Below, in pieces: positions 1 through 9,021 of a stretch of DNA of 64,000 bases. Source of the stretch: Alphaproteobacteria bacterium (GTDB lineage: Bacteria; Pseudomonadota; Alphaproteobacteria; MPNO01; UBA830); assembly GCA_965243135.1 (NCBI GenBank), contig OZ251539.1, positions 3,968,001 to 4,032,000 of the forward strand. The letters are read 5' to 3'. Below the pieces are notes generated by a model that made no database searches, had not been told where the DNA came from, and saw only the letters and a list, made by a program, of their open reading frames with translations. Position 1 is the stretch's first letter. Each line of letters opens with the position of its first letter. The position numbers and the translations under genes are program-made.

Positions 1-1053
1 ATAGTCCAGCCGGTAGAGAGGCGCGTCCTCGTCCTGCTTCTCGTCGACGATGGTGAGGTAGCCGGTCTGGAACAAGAGCGCCTCGACAGGGATGCGGTCG
101 ACATCGATGGCCGACAGCAGCTCGTCGTCCGCGATCATGCCCTCCAAGGCGGGCGCCACGACCCGGCGCCGCGTCAGAAGGTCGGCGAGGAAGGTCGGCG
201 TGCCGCTCTGGAACCAGTACGGGCGGAACCTGCGCTTGTCGAACAGCAGCAGAATGTCGTGCGGGTTGTAGACCCTCTCCGGTCCGAGCCAGTTGTAGCC
301 GTTGTACCAGCGCCGGACCTCGTCCCGGTCCAGGCCCTCGAGTTCCGGGGCGAAGACCGCGTCCAGTTCGTCGTCCGTGTAGCCGCAGATGGCGCCGTAG
401 CGCTCGTCCAGCGTAATGTCGTTCAAGTTGTTCAGGCCCGAGAACAGGCCCGCCTGCGAGAACTTGCTCACCCCCGTCAGGAAAACGAAACGGAGCTGCT
501 CGTCGGAAGCCTTGATCACCCCGTACAGGCTGCGCAGGAAGTCGCGGTTGGCCAGCGCCAGTTCCCGGTCGCCGAGCGCATCCAGAATCGGCTTGTCGTA
601 TTCGTCCACCAGAACGACCGCCCGCCGCCCGGTGCGCTCGTGCAGGGCCTCGATCAACTCGTGGAAACGGACCGCCGTCCCGGCGGGGCCCGGTTCGAGG
701 CCGGCGCGCCTCTCCGTCGCCGCCAGTTGCCTTTCCACGGTTCCCCGAACCCCGTCCGGGGTGTCGAAATGGCCCACGCCGCTGAAATCCAGCCGCACGA
801 CCGGATGGCGCGCCGACCAGTCCCACTTGCCGTGCACGGCGAGGCCCCGGAACAGCTCCTCGCTTCCCTCGAACAGCTTCTGCAGCGTGTCCACCAGGAG
901 GCTCTTGCCGAACCGGCGCGGACGCGACAGGAAATAGTAATCGCCTCCTTCGACGAGTCTGCGCACATGGTCCGTCTTGTCGACGTAGTAGCAGTCCAGC
1001 CCCCGGATTTTCCTGAGGGAGGTCAAGCCGGTCGGAAGCATGCGTTTCGCCAT
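1..1053 (-). CDS. AAA-ATPase-like / PD-(D/E)XK nuclease family protein, copy 1 (3' end runs off the window)
   Basis: Reverse strand reads MAKRMLPTGLTSLRKIRG..YYVDKT..SRPRRFGKS (Walker A)..VVLVDEYDKP (Walker B); near-identical to copy 2 over ~1-890. Confidence 0.9.
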   Translation of the reverse strand, partial: MAKRMLPTGLTSLRKIRGLDCYYVDKTDHVRRLVEGGDYYFLSRPRRFGKSLLVDTLQKLFEGSEELFRGLAVHGKWDWSARHPVVRLDFSGVGHFDTPDGVRGTVERQLAATERRAGLEPGPAGTAVRFHELIEALHERTGRRAVVLVDEYDKPILDALGDRELALANRDFLRSLYGVIKASDEQLRFVFLTGVSKFSQAGLFSGLNNLNDITLDERYGAICGYTDDELDAVFAPELEGLDRDEVRRWYNGYNWLGPERVYNPHDILLLFDKRRFRPYWFQSGTPTFLADLLTRRRVVAPALEGMIADDELLSAIDVDRIPVEALLFQTGYLTIVDEKQDEDAPLYRLDY

Positions 1054-1059
1054 TCGCGC

Positions 1060-1088
1060 AGAGTAGGCCGCCATGCCGGAGCCGTCAA
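1060..1088 (-). promoter_or_regulatory. sigma70-type promoter, probably leaderless, of AAA copy 1
   Basis: TTGACG-N17-TACTCT-N6-ATG(1053); same geometry in copies 2, 4, 5 and 6. Confidence 0.65.
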
Positions 1089-1299
1089 GGAGGAGGCGGG
1101 GTTCGCAGGCCGAACGCCGGGCCGGAGTTCCCGCGCCGCGCGTCAGCGGCGCGTCCCGTCAAGCCGTCGGCGCGCAAGGCGGCGTCCCGGCGAAAACAAC
1201 GGCCGTCCTCAACGAGGAGCATGGCGGCCTGCCAGCGCCTTTCGCAGAAGCGCCGCCGCCTGCCGAAATGTCCAAACGGGCCGTCGGTGGTTCCCGATT
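1089..1299. repeat. Conserved inter-copy spacer of the AAA array (copy A)
   Basis: GGCGTCCCGGCGAAAACAACGGCCGTCCTCAACGAGGAGCATGGCGGCCTGC and flanks recur at ~3280 and, with substitutions, ~4990. Confidence 0.85.
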
Positions 1300-2841
1300 T
1301 CAGACGGTCTCGAATTCGAACCCGACGATGTTGCGCTCCTCCCGGCCGAACTCCACCCCGATCAGGTGGACCGGCACGCCCGGACGCCGGTACTTGTCCG
1401 CGTAGCCGCGCTCCTGCGCCAGCGCCCGCCCTTCCGGCTTCCCGTCCACGACCTTGAACTCGAACAGGTAGATGTCGCCGCCGTACAGGACCGTCAGGTT
1501 CGAGCGTCCGCGCGCCGTGCTCTCCTCCGCGCGGACCTCCATCCCCGCCGCCACGAAGTGCGAGTAGAACACGCTGGCATAGTGGCCCTCGTAGCCGGCC
1601 ATGCCCGTGTTCGCGTACCACTCGTTCGGAATGCTCGCCAGCAACGCCCGGAACTGCCGCTCGAGGCCCGCGAAGTCGTTCGTCCGCATCAGGCGGCGCA
1701 GTTCCCGGCTCTCCGCCGCGACCGCGACGTCCGGCGCCATCGCCTTCAGCAGGAGCGCGTTCAGGCTGCGCTTCACCTCCTGGTTCGGATAGTCCAGCCG
1801 GTAGAGAGGCGCGTCCTCGTCCTGCTTCTCGTCGACGATGGTCAGGTAGCCGGTCTGGAACAGCAGCGCCTCGACAGGGATGCGGTCGACATCGATGGCC
1901 GACAGCAGCTCGTCGTCCGCGATCATGCCCTCCAAGGCGGGCGCCACGACCCGGCGCCGCGTCAGAAGGTCGGCGAGAAAGGTCGGCGTGCCGCTCTGGA
2001 ACCAGTACGGGCGGAACCTGCGCTTGTCGAACAGCAGCAGGATGTCGTGCGGGTTGTAGACCCTCTCCGGTCCGAGCCAGTTGTAGCCGTTGTACCAGCG
2101 GCGGACCTCGTCCCGGTCCAGGCCCTCGAGTTCCGGGGCGAAGACCGCGTCCAGTTCCGCGTCCGTGTAGCCGCAGATGGCGCCGTAGCGCTCGTCCAGC
2201 GTGATGTCGTTCAAGTTGTTCAGGCCCGAGAACAGGCCCGCCTGCGAGAACTTGCTCACCCCCGTCAGGAAAACGAAACGGAGCTGCTCGTTGGAAGCCT
2301 TGATCACCCCGTACAGGCTGCGCAGGAAATCGCGGTTGGCCAGCGCCAGTTCCCGGTCGCCGAGCGCATCCAGAATCGGCTTGTCGTATTCGTCGACCAG
2401 AACGACCGCCCGCCGCCCGGTGCGCTCGTGCAGGGCCTCGATCAACTCGTGGAAACGGACCGCCGTCCCGGCGGGGCCCGGTTCGAGGCCGGCGCGCCTC
2501 TCCGTCGCCGCCAGTTGCCTTTCCACGGTTCCCCGAACCCCGTCCGGGGTGTCGAAACGGCCCACGCCGCTGAAATCCAGCCGCACGACCGGATGGCGCG
2601 CCGACCAGTCCCACTTGCCGTGCACGGCGAGGCCCCGGAACAGTTCCTCGCTTCCCTCGAACAGCTTCTGCAGCGTGTCCACCAGCAGGCTCTTGCCGAA
2701 CCGGCGCGGACGCGACAGGAAATAGTACTTGCCCCTCTCGACGAGGCGGCGCACATGGTCCGTCTTGTCGACGTAGTAGCAGTCCATCCCCCGGATCTCC
2801 CGCAGGGAGGAAATGCCGGTCGGAAGCATGCGTCTCGTCAT
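1300..2841 (-). CDS. AAA-ATPase-like / PD-(D/E)XK nuclease family protein, copy 2
   Basis: ORF 1300..3324 trimmed to ATG 2841 (MTRRMLPTG); RPRRFGKS, VDEYDKP, TGVSKFS, YNGY, LLFQTGYLTI, EGHY, RSNL..FEFK, ALAQ..GYADKY. Confidence 0.9.
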   Translation of the reverse strand: MTRRMLPTGISSLREIRGMDCYYVDKTDHVRRLVERGKYYFLSRPRRFGKSLLVDTLQKLFEGSEELFRGLAVHGKWDWSARHPVVRLDFSGVGRFDTPDGVRGTVERQLAATERRAGLEPGPAGTAVRFHELIEALHERTGRRAVVLVDEYDKPILDALGDRELALANRDFLRSLYGVIKASNEQLRFVFLTGVSKFSQAGLFSGLNNLNDITLDERYGAICGYTDAELDAVFAPELEGLDRDEVRRWYNGYNWLGPERVYNPHDILLLFDKRRFRPYWFQSGTPTFLADLLTRRRVVAPALEGMIADDELLSAIDVDRIPVEALLFQTGYLTIVDEKQDEDAPLYRLDYPNQEVKRSLNALLLKAMAPDVAVAAESRELRRLMRTNDFAGLERQFRALLASIPNEWYANTGMAGYEGHYASVFYSHFVAAGMEVRAEESTARGRSNLTVLYGGDIYLFEFKVVDGKPEGRALAQERGYADKYRRPGVPVHLIGVEFGREERNIVGFEFETV

Positions 2842-2847
2842 CCGAAG

Positions 2848-2876
2848 AGGGTAGGCCGCCATGCCGGAGCCGTCAA
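2848..2876 (-). promoter_or_regulatory. sigma70-type promoter, probably leaderless, of AAA copy 2
   Basis: TTGACG-N17-TACCCT-N6-ATG(2841). Confidence 0.65.
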
Positions 2877-3199
2877 GGAGGGGGAGGAGTCCGAGCCGCA
2901 TGCGCTGTTCGTAACGTCTTGAAATGCGGATAGCTTCCCGGGGTGCGGAATTTTTTTCCTCGGGTACGGAAAACTGCGAATTTTCCGCGCCGGGACCGCG
3001 ATTTTCGCAGATTCCACCCCACGGCCGGCCGGGCGCCGCCTCCCCGATTGACCGCCTGCGTCCAGGCCACGGCCCGGCTTGCACTGGGTTTGCGGCGCGG
3101 CAACACTCGCCTTTTATTCTGAAGACCGAGCACCCGCGAGGCCCTTGCGGGGCGGCGGCGGGCGGCGGGCCGACAAAAAATGGCACAGCGCAAACGGCT

Positions 3200-3398
3200 C
3201 GAGTCCGCCGGCCGAACGCCGGGCCGGAGTTCCTGCGCCGCGCCTCGGCGGCACGTCCCGCCAAGCCGTCGGCGCGCAAGGCGGCGTCCCGGCGAAAACA
3301 ACGGCCGTCCTCAACGAGGAGCATGGCGGCCTGCAGCGCGGCCTACCGGCGCCTTTCGCGGAGGCGCCGCCTGCGTCCGAACGGGACGGCTTCCGGCT
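3200..3398. repeat. Conserved inter-copy spacer (copy B)
   Basis: Homologous to 1089-1299 and 4910-5107. Confidence 0.85.
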
Positions 3399-4872
3399 TC
3401 AGACGGTCTCGAACTCGAACCCGACGATGTTGCGCTCCTCCCGGCTGAACTCGATCAGGTGGACCGGCACGCCCGGACGCCGGTACTTGTCCGCGTAGCC
3501 GCGCTCCCGAATCTGCGCCAGCGCCCGCTCTTCCGGCTTCCCGTCCGCGACCTTGAACTCGAACAGGTAGACGCCGACATCGTACAGAACCGCCAGGTCC
3601 GAGCGGCCGCGCGCCGTGCTCTCCTCGGCGCGGACGTCCATCCCCGCCGCCACGAAGTGCGAGTAGAACACTCTGGCATAGTGCGCCTCGTAGCCGGCCA
3701 TGCCCGTGTTCGCGTACCACTCGTTGCTCGCCAGGAACGCCCGGAACAGATTCTCGGGGCCTGCGAAGTCGTTCGCCCAGGCGGCGCAGATCCCGACTCT
3801 CCGCCTCGATCGGAACATCCGGCGCCATCGTCTCCAGCAGGAGCTCGTTGAGACTCCGCCTCACCTCCTGGTTCGGGTAGTCCAGCCGGTAGAGGCGCGC
3901 GTCCTCGTCTCGCTTCTCGTCGGCAATGGTCAAGTAGCCGGTCTGGAACAGAAGCGCCTCGACGGAAATGCGGTCGACGGCCGGCAGCAGCGAGTTGCCA
4001 GCGACCAGACCCTCCAAGGCCGGCGCCGCGACCCGGCGCCGCGCCAGAAGGTCTGCGTGCCGGTTCGGAACCAGTGCGCCTCGAACTCGCGAGTTCTGAA
4101 GAGAAGGAGGATGTCGAACGGGTTGTAGACCTTGTCCGCGCCGCGCCAGTTGTAGCCGTTGTACCAGCGCCGGACCTTCTCCCGATCCAGGCCCTCGAGT
4201 TCCGGGGCGAAGACCGCGTCCAGCTCCGCGTCGGTGTAGCCGCAGATGGTCGAGAATTCCGGCTCCAGCAGGTTGTTCAGGCCCGAGAACAGGCCCGCCT
4301 GCGAGAACTTGCTCACCCCCGTCAGGAAAACGAAACGGAGCTGCTCGTCGCAGTCCTTGATCATCGCGTAGAAGCCGCGCAGGAAGTTCCGGTTGGCCAT
4401 CGCCAGTTCCCGGTCGCGGAGCGCGTCCAGAATCGGCTTGTTCGTCCACCAGAACGACCGACCGCCGCCCGGTGCGCTCGTGCAGCGCAGCCGCCGGAAA
4501 CGGATCGACGCCTCGACAGGGTCGAGTTCGAGGCCGGCCAGCCGCTCCGTTTCCCCCAGCTGGTCTTCCACATCTTTCCGAACGAAGTCCGGGGTGTCGA
4601 AATTGCCGCCGCCGAAGCTGGTCCGCACGACGGCGCGCCGACCAGTCCCACCCATCGTGCACGGCGAGGCCCCGGAACAACTCCTCGCTCCCCAGCTTCT
4701 GCAGCGTGTCCACCAGGAGGGTCTTGCCGAACCGGCGCGGACGCGACAAGAAATAGTACCTGCCTCCTTCGACGAGTCTGCGCACATGGTCCGTCTTGTC
4801 GACGTAGTAGCAGTCCAGCTCCCGGATCGTCCGGAGGGAGGTCATGCCGGTCGGAAGCATGCGTTTCGCCAT
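3399..4872 (-). pseudogene. AAA-ATPase-like / PD-(D/E)XK protein, copy 3, multiply frameshifted
   Basis: Homology is split across ORFs 3343..4902, 3930..4787 and 3399..3818 by many small deletions; promoter spacer also shortened to 12 nt. Confidence 0.85.
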
Positions 4873-4909
4873 TCGCGCAGAGTAGGCCGCCATGCCCGTC
4901 AAGGAAAAG

Positions 4910-5107
4910 GCGGAGTTCGCCGAACGCCGGGCCTGGGTTCACGCGCCGCGCCTCGGCGGCGCGTCCCGTCAAGCCGTCGGCGCGCAAGGCGGCGGCCCGG
5001 CGGAAGCAACGCCCGTCCTCAACGAGAAGCATGGCGGCCTGCGACGCGGTTCGCCGGCGCCTTTCGCGGAGGCACCGCCTGCGTCCGAACGGGAACGGCT
5101 CCCAGAT
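4910..5107. repeat. Conserved inter-copy spacer (copy C)
   Basis: Homologous to 1089-1299 and 3200-3398. Confidence 0.85.
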
Positions 5108-6652
5108 TCAGACGGTCTCGAACTCGAACCTGACGATGTTGCGCTCTTCCCGGCCGAACTCCACCCCGATCAGATGGACCTGTACGCCCGGACGCCGGTA
5201 CTTGTCCGCGTAGCCGCGTTCCCGAATCTGCGCCAGCGCCCGGCCTTCCGGCTTCCCGTCCACGACCTTGAACTCGAACAGGTAGACGCCGACATCGTAC
5301 AGGACCGCAAGGTCCGAGCGGCCGCGCGCCGTGCTCTCCTCGGCGCGGACATCCATCCCCGCCGCCGCGAAGTGCGAATAGAACACGCTCGCGTAGTGCG
5401 CCTCGTAGCCAGCCATGCCCGTGTTCGCGTACCACTCGTTCGGAATGCTCGCCAGGAACGCCCGGAACAGATTCTCGAGGCCCGCGAAGTCGTTCGTCCG
5501 CATCAGGCGGCGCAGTTCCCGGCTCCCCGCCGCGACCGCGACGTCCGGCACCATCGCCTCCAGCAGGAGCGCGTTCAGGCTGCGCTTCACCTCATGGTTC
5601 GGGTAGTCCAGCCGGTAGAGGGGCGCGTCCTCGTCCTGCTTCTCGTCGACGATGGTCAGGTAGCCGGTCTGGAACAGCAGCGCCTCGACGGGAATGCGGT
5701 CGACGTCGATGGCCGACAGCAACGCGTCGTCCGCGAACATGCCCTCCAGGGCCGGCGCCGAGACCCGGCGCCGCGCCAGAAGGTCGACGAGGAAGGTCGG
5801 CGTGCCGCTCTGGAACCAGTACGGGCGGAATCTGCGCTTGTCGAACAGCAGCAGGATGTCGTGCGGATTGTAGACCCTCTCCGGTCCGAGCCAGTTGTAG
5901 CCGTTGTACCAGCGGCGGATCTCGTCCCGGTCCAGGCCCTCGAGTTCCGGGGCGAAGACCGCGTCCAGCTCCGCGTCCGTGTAGCCGCAGAGGGCGCCGT
6001 AGCGCTCGTCCAGCGTGATGTCGTTCAGGTTGTTCAGGCCCGAGAACAGGCCCGCCTGCGAGAACTTGCTCACGCCGGTAAGAAAGGCGAACCGGATATG
6101 CGCGTCGCAGTCCTTGACGACGCTGTAGAAGCCGCGCAGGAAGTCGCGGTTGGCCCGCGCCAGTTCCCGGTCGCCGAGCGCGTCCAGGATCGGCTTGTCG
6201 TACTCGTCCACCAGCACAACCGCGCGCCGCCCGGTGCGCTCGTGCAGTTCGGAGATCAGATGGTGAAGGCGGTCGGAGGCGTCCGGGTAGCCGCATTGGA
6301 CGCCGGCGCGCTTTTCGGCGGCGTCGAGCTGCATCATCGCGTTCCTGTGCAGCCGGTCGGGGTCGCCGAGACTGCCGGAACCGAAGCTGATCCGCACGAC
6401 CGGACAGCGCACCGACCAGTCCCACCCGTCGTGCACGGCGAGGCCCCGGAACAGCTCCTCGCTTCCCTCGAACAACTCCTGCAGCGTGTCCACCAGCAGG
6501 CTCTTGCCGAACCGGCGCGGACGCGACAGGAAATAGTACTTGCCCCTCTCGACGAGGCGGCGCACATGGTCCGTCTTGTCGACGTAGTAGCAGTCCATCC
6601 CCCGGATCTCCCGTAGGGAGGAAATGCCGGTCGGAAGCATGCGTCTCACCAT
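5108..6652 (-). CDS. AAA-ATPase-like / PD-(D/E)XK nuclease family protein, copy 4
   Basis: Intact ORF from MVRRMLPTG; Walker A/B; RSDL..FEFK nuclease motif. Confidence 0.92.
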   Translation of the reverse strand: MVRRMLPTGISSLREIRGMDCYYVDKTDHVRRLVERGKYYFLSRPRRFGKSLLVDTLQELFEGSEELFRGLAVHDGWDWSVRCPVVRISFGSGSLGDPDRLHRNAMMQLDAAEKRAGVQCGYPDASDRLHHLISELHERTGRRAVVLVDEYDKPILDALGDRELARANRDFLRGFYSVVKDCDAHIRFAFLTGVSKFSQAGLFSGLNNLNDITLDERYGALCGYTDAELDAVFAPELEGLDRDEIRRWYNGYNWLGPERVYNPHDILLLFDKRRFRPYWFQSGTPTFLVDLLARRRVSAPALEGMFADDALLSAIDVDRIPVEALLFQTGYLTIVDEKQDEDAPLYRLDYPNHEVKRSLNALLLEAMVPDVAVAAGSRELRRLMRTNDFAGLENLFRAFLASIPNEWYANTGMAGYEAHYASVFYSHFAAAGMDVRAEESTARGRSDLAVLYDVGVYLFEFKVVDGKPEGRALAQIRERGYADKYRRPGVQVHLIGVEFGREERNIVRFEFETV

Positions 6653-6658
6653 CCGAAG

Positions 6659-6687
6659 AGGGTAGGCCGCCATGCCGGAACCGTCAA
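6659..6687 (-). promoter_or_regulatory. sigma70-type promoter, probably leaderless, of AAA copy 4
   Basis: TTGACG-N17-TACCCT-N6-ATG(6652). Confidence 0.65.
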
Positions 6688-6703
6688 GGAGGAGCATCAT
6701 TAA

Positions 6704-6875
6704 TGTCAGTAACAGATGATATGTCCGGACGCTTCCAGACCAAGAAGGCGGCGTCGGACGGAACAGCGACAGGAACCGGGGAAGGAGGTGTCGCGCCCAT
6801 GCGCCGAGCCAGGGCGAGGCGGCGGAGATACTGGGCGTCGCACCTTCCGGCGCCGGTGTGACGAGGCGGAGGGAA
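6704..6875 (+). mobile_element. Left end and heavily deleted transposase 5' remnant of an ISNCY/IS1202-like element
   Basis: End TGTCAGTAACAGATGATATGTCCGG; RBS AAGGAGG and ATG 6799; peptide scraps SQGEAAEILGV, RTFRRRCD and EAEG resemble the transposase N-terminal HTH; matching inverted end at 62287-62311. Confidence 0.65.
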
Positions 6876-7021
6876 AGGAATTCCTCCTCCCCGAAGAGTC
6901 CGGAAATCCCCGTTTCCCGCTTCGCGAGCGACGAATCGGGAGCATCAGTCGACCCTCAGGAAGCGCTTCGTCGTCGCCGGGAAACGCGCGTTCTCGGCTT
7001 CGCCGCCAGCTCTCCGGACAA

Positions 7022-7490
7022 TCAGGCATTGGGCCTCGCTTTCATAAGCACGTGAACGGCGAATGCGCGCCGATCCTTGGCGGGCGCTTTGGAGAAACGG
7101 GTAATCGCCCTCCGCACACGCTGGATGTCTCACTTCGGACTTGCAAAAAGGGAATTCCGGGTCGTAATCCGCGAGGTGACGCCTGCGCTGCAACCAGATG
7201 AACGTTTCGGCGAAGTCCCGTATCGCGACAGGAAACTTTTGCATGACTTGGGCTCCGCACCGACTTTTTGCATGACCGTGCTCAAGGGCGCGGTATACTT
7301 GGAGCCATGCCGCTTGACTTCGTTTCGCGCCGGAGCCGCCAGTCAAGGTATTTGCACAAGTCCAAGCCAAGCAATGGAACAAGGCGTAGTACGCGGAGCT
7401 CGTGGCGCGACAAAGGTTCGTCCGCCTCGGCCTACCATGGCTTATTTCCACCAGATCGGTGGCGATCTGCAGGAGATCGTTAGGCCGCAA
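7022..7490 (-). pseudogene. HEPN-domain protein (putative toxin), frameshift near 7130
   Basis: RATSSAYYALFH and RRHLADYD motifs; the likely C-terminus DIQRVRRAITRFSKAPAKDRRAFAVHVLMKARPNA* is in a second frame ending at 7022. Confidence 0.7.
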
Positions 7491-7494
7491 AACG

Positions 7495-7767
7495 CTAATC
7501 CAAGTCTGATCGGTCGACGAACGACAGGACGGGCGAAGCTGCTACCTCCGCTTCCTCGAGCTTGGATCGGACGAAGCGGTTCAACCTGATCGTCGTGTCG
7601 GCGTCGAGCGTCCCGGGCGCACCATCGTATACGAGTCGGACCCAGAGAAACTCGTCTCCATCGCCATCCACCTCGGAACCAAGAGCCAGAACGCTCAGCG
7701 CGATGTCCGTGTCTCGAAGCGCAGACTCGATCGCGTCGCGCGCCCGCTCGACAACTTGATCCTTCAT
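7495..7767 (-). CDS. Small MNT-like (nucleotidyltransferase-fold) putative antitoxin
   Basis: 90 aa MKDQVVERA..EVDGDGDEFLWVRLVYD..PVLSFV, 4 nt upstream of the HEPN gene. Confidence 0.55.
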   Translation of the reverse strand: MKDQVVERARDAIESALRDTDIALSVLALGSEVDGDGDEFLWVRLVYDGAPGTLDADTTIRLNRFVRSKLEEAEVAASPVLSFVDRSDLD

Positions 7768-8076
7768 GGCGTCATTCCTCGCCGCGACGACGATACGCCT
7801 CCGTAGGCAGACCGCACGACGGAACGAAAGCATAGCGCACTCTTCGTCGACATGCGAAATCAACTCCTGCTTCTGCGTTGCGGCTCCACGGCACGCTCGT
7901 CCGCAAGGCGTGACGCCGGCCCGGCATCCGCACGGGACGAACGCCGCCGCGGCGCTTGCGCAAGATTCCCGGAGTTGCGGCATCCGGCGCATAGGCGGCT
8001 GACGAACGCGGCCGGGTCGGGTAAGAAGGGCGCCGCACGAGCCGCCGGGACGGCGGCGCAGGAGAGACGGAGAGAT

Positions 8077-9021
8077 ATGGCTGTCAGTCTGGGATACCTC
8101 CTCCCGACGCGGGAGCGGATCATGACGGGGACGCACGAAACTCGCGAAATCCTCGATTTGGGAGACCATGCGGAAGCGGTCGGGCTGGATTCCGTCTGGA
8201 TCGGAGATTCCCTGCTCGCCAAGCCGCGCCACGAACCGCTGGCCCTGATCGCGGCCATTGCCGGACGCACCCGGCGCGTCGGCCTTGGAACGGCCGTGCT
8301 GCTGCCCATGCTTCGCAACCCGGTGCTCCTCGCGCATCAGCTCGCCACCATCGACCGGATCGCCGAGGGCCGCTTCGTTCTCGGCGCCGGCATCGCCCGC
8401 GACACGCCGGCCATCCGCAACGAGTTCGCGGCGGCCGGGGTGCCGTTCGAAAAACGGATCGGCACGATGCTCGAAGGAATGCGCCTGTGCCGAGCGTTGT
8501 GGGCCGGCGGCGCCCCGGTCGACTGGAACGGACGCTGGACCGTCCGCGCCGCCGAACTGGCGCCGGAACCGTTCACTCCGGGCGGACCGAAGATTTGGGG
8601 CGGCGGCGGAGTCCCTGCGGCGCTCCGGCGCTGCGGCCGGAACTTCGACGGCTGGTTCCCGTCCGGACCCGGCGACGGCCGAACCTGGACCGAGGGTTGG
8701 AAACAGGTGCTGGCCGCGGCCGCCGAGGCGGGGCGCGGCCCGGCGGAGATCGTCGGCGCCGCTTACGTCACCGTCGCGGTAAACGACGATCGGACCGCGG
8801 CCGAAGCGGAACTGGACGCTTATCTCTCCGCCTATTACCTCGCTCCGGCCGAGCGAATCCGCCGGGATCAGCATTGTTTCGCCGGACCGCGAACGGCCGT
8901 CACCGCATGGCTGCGCCGCTTCGTTGAGGGCGGCGCCTCGCATCTGTGCGTGCGCTTCACCGGCTCCCGCGACCGCGAGCAGATGGAAACCCTCGCCGCC
9001 ATGCGGAACGAACTCGCCTGA
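8077..9021 (+). CDS. LLM-class flavin-dependent oxidoreductase
   Basis: AEAVGLDSVWIGDS, EPLALIAAIAGRTRRVGLGTAV, RNPVLLAHQLATID. Confidence 0.92.
   Translation: MAVSLGYLLPTRERIMTGTHETREILDLGDHAEAVGLDSVWIGDSLLAKPRHEPLALIAAIAGRTRRVGLGTAVLLPMLRNPVLLAHQLATIDRIAEGRFVLGAGIARDTPAIRNEFAAAGVPFEKRIGTMLEGMRLCRALWAGGAPVDWNGRWTVRAAELAPEPFTPGGPKIWGGGGVPAALRRCGRNFDGWFPSGPGDGRTWTEGWKQVLAAAAEAGRGPAEIVGAAYVTVAVNDDRTAAEAELDAYLSAYYLAPAERIRRDQHCFAGPRTAVTAWLRRFVEGGASHLCVRFTGSRDREQMETLAAMRNELA

Noticed and set aside
259-2922. Long plus-strand ORF (also 4892..6616, 10962..14837, 29619..31616, 59791..62283 and similar)
   Set aside because: Antisense shadow frames of real high-GC genes; no motifs of their own.
1-6700. 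CRISPR array or integron cassette array as the explanation for the repeats
   Set aside because: Repeat units are ~1.7-2.1 kb paralogous genes; no short repeat-spacer periodicity, cas genes, attC cores or integrase seen.
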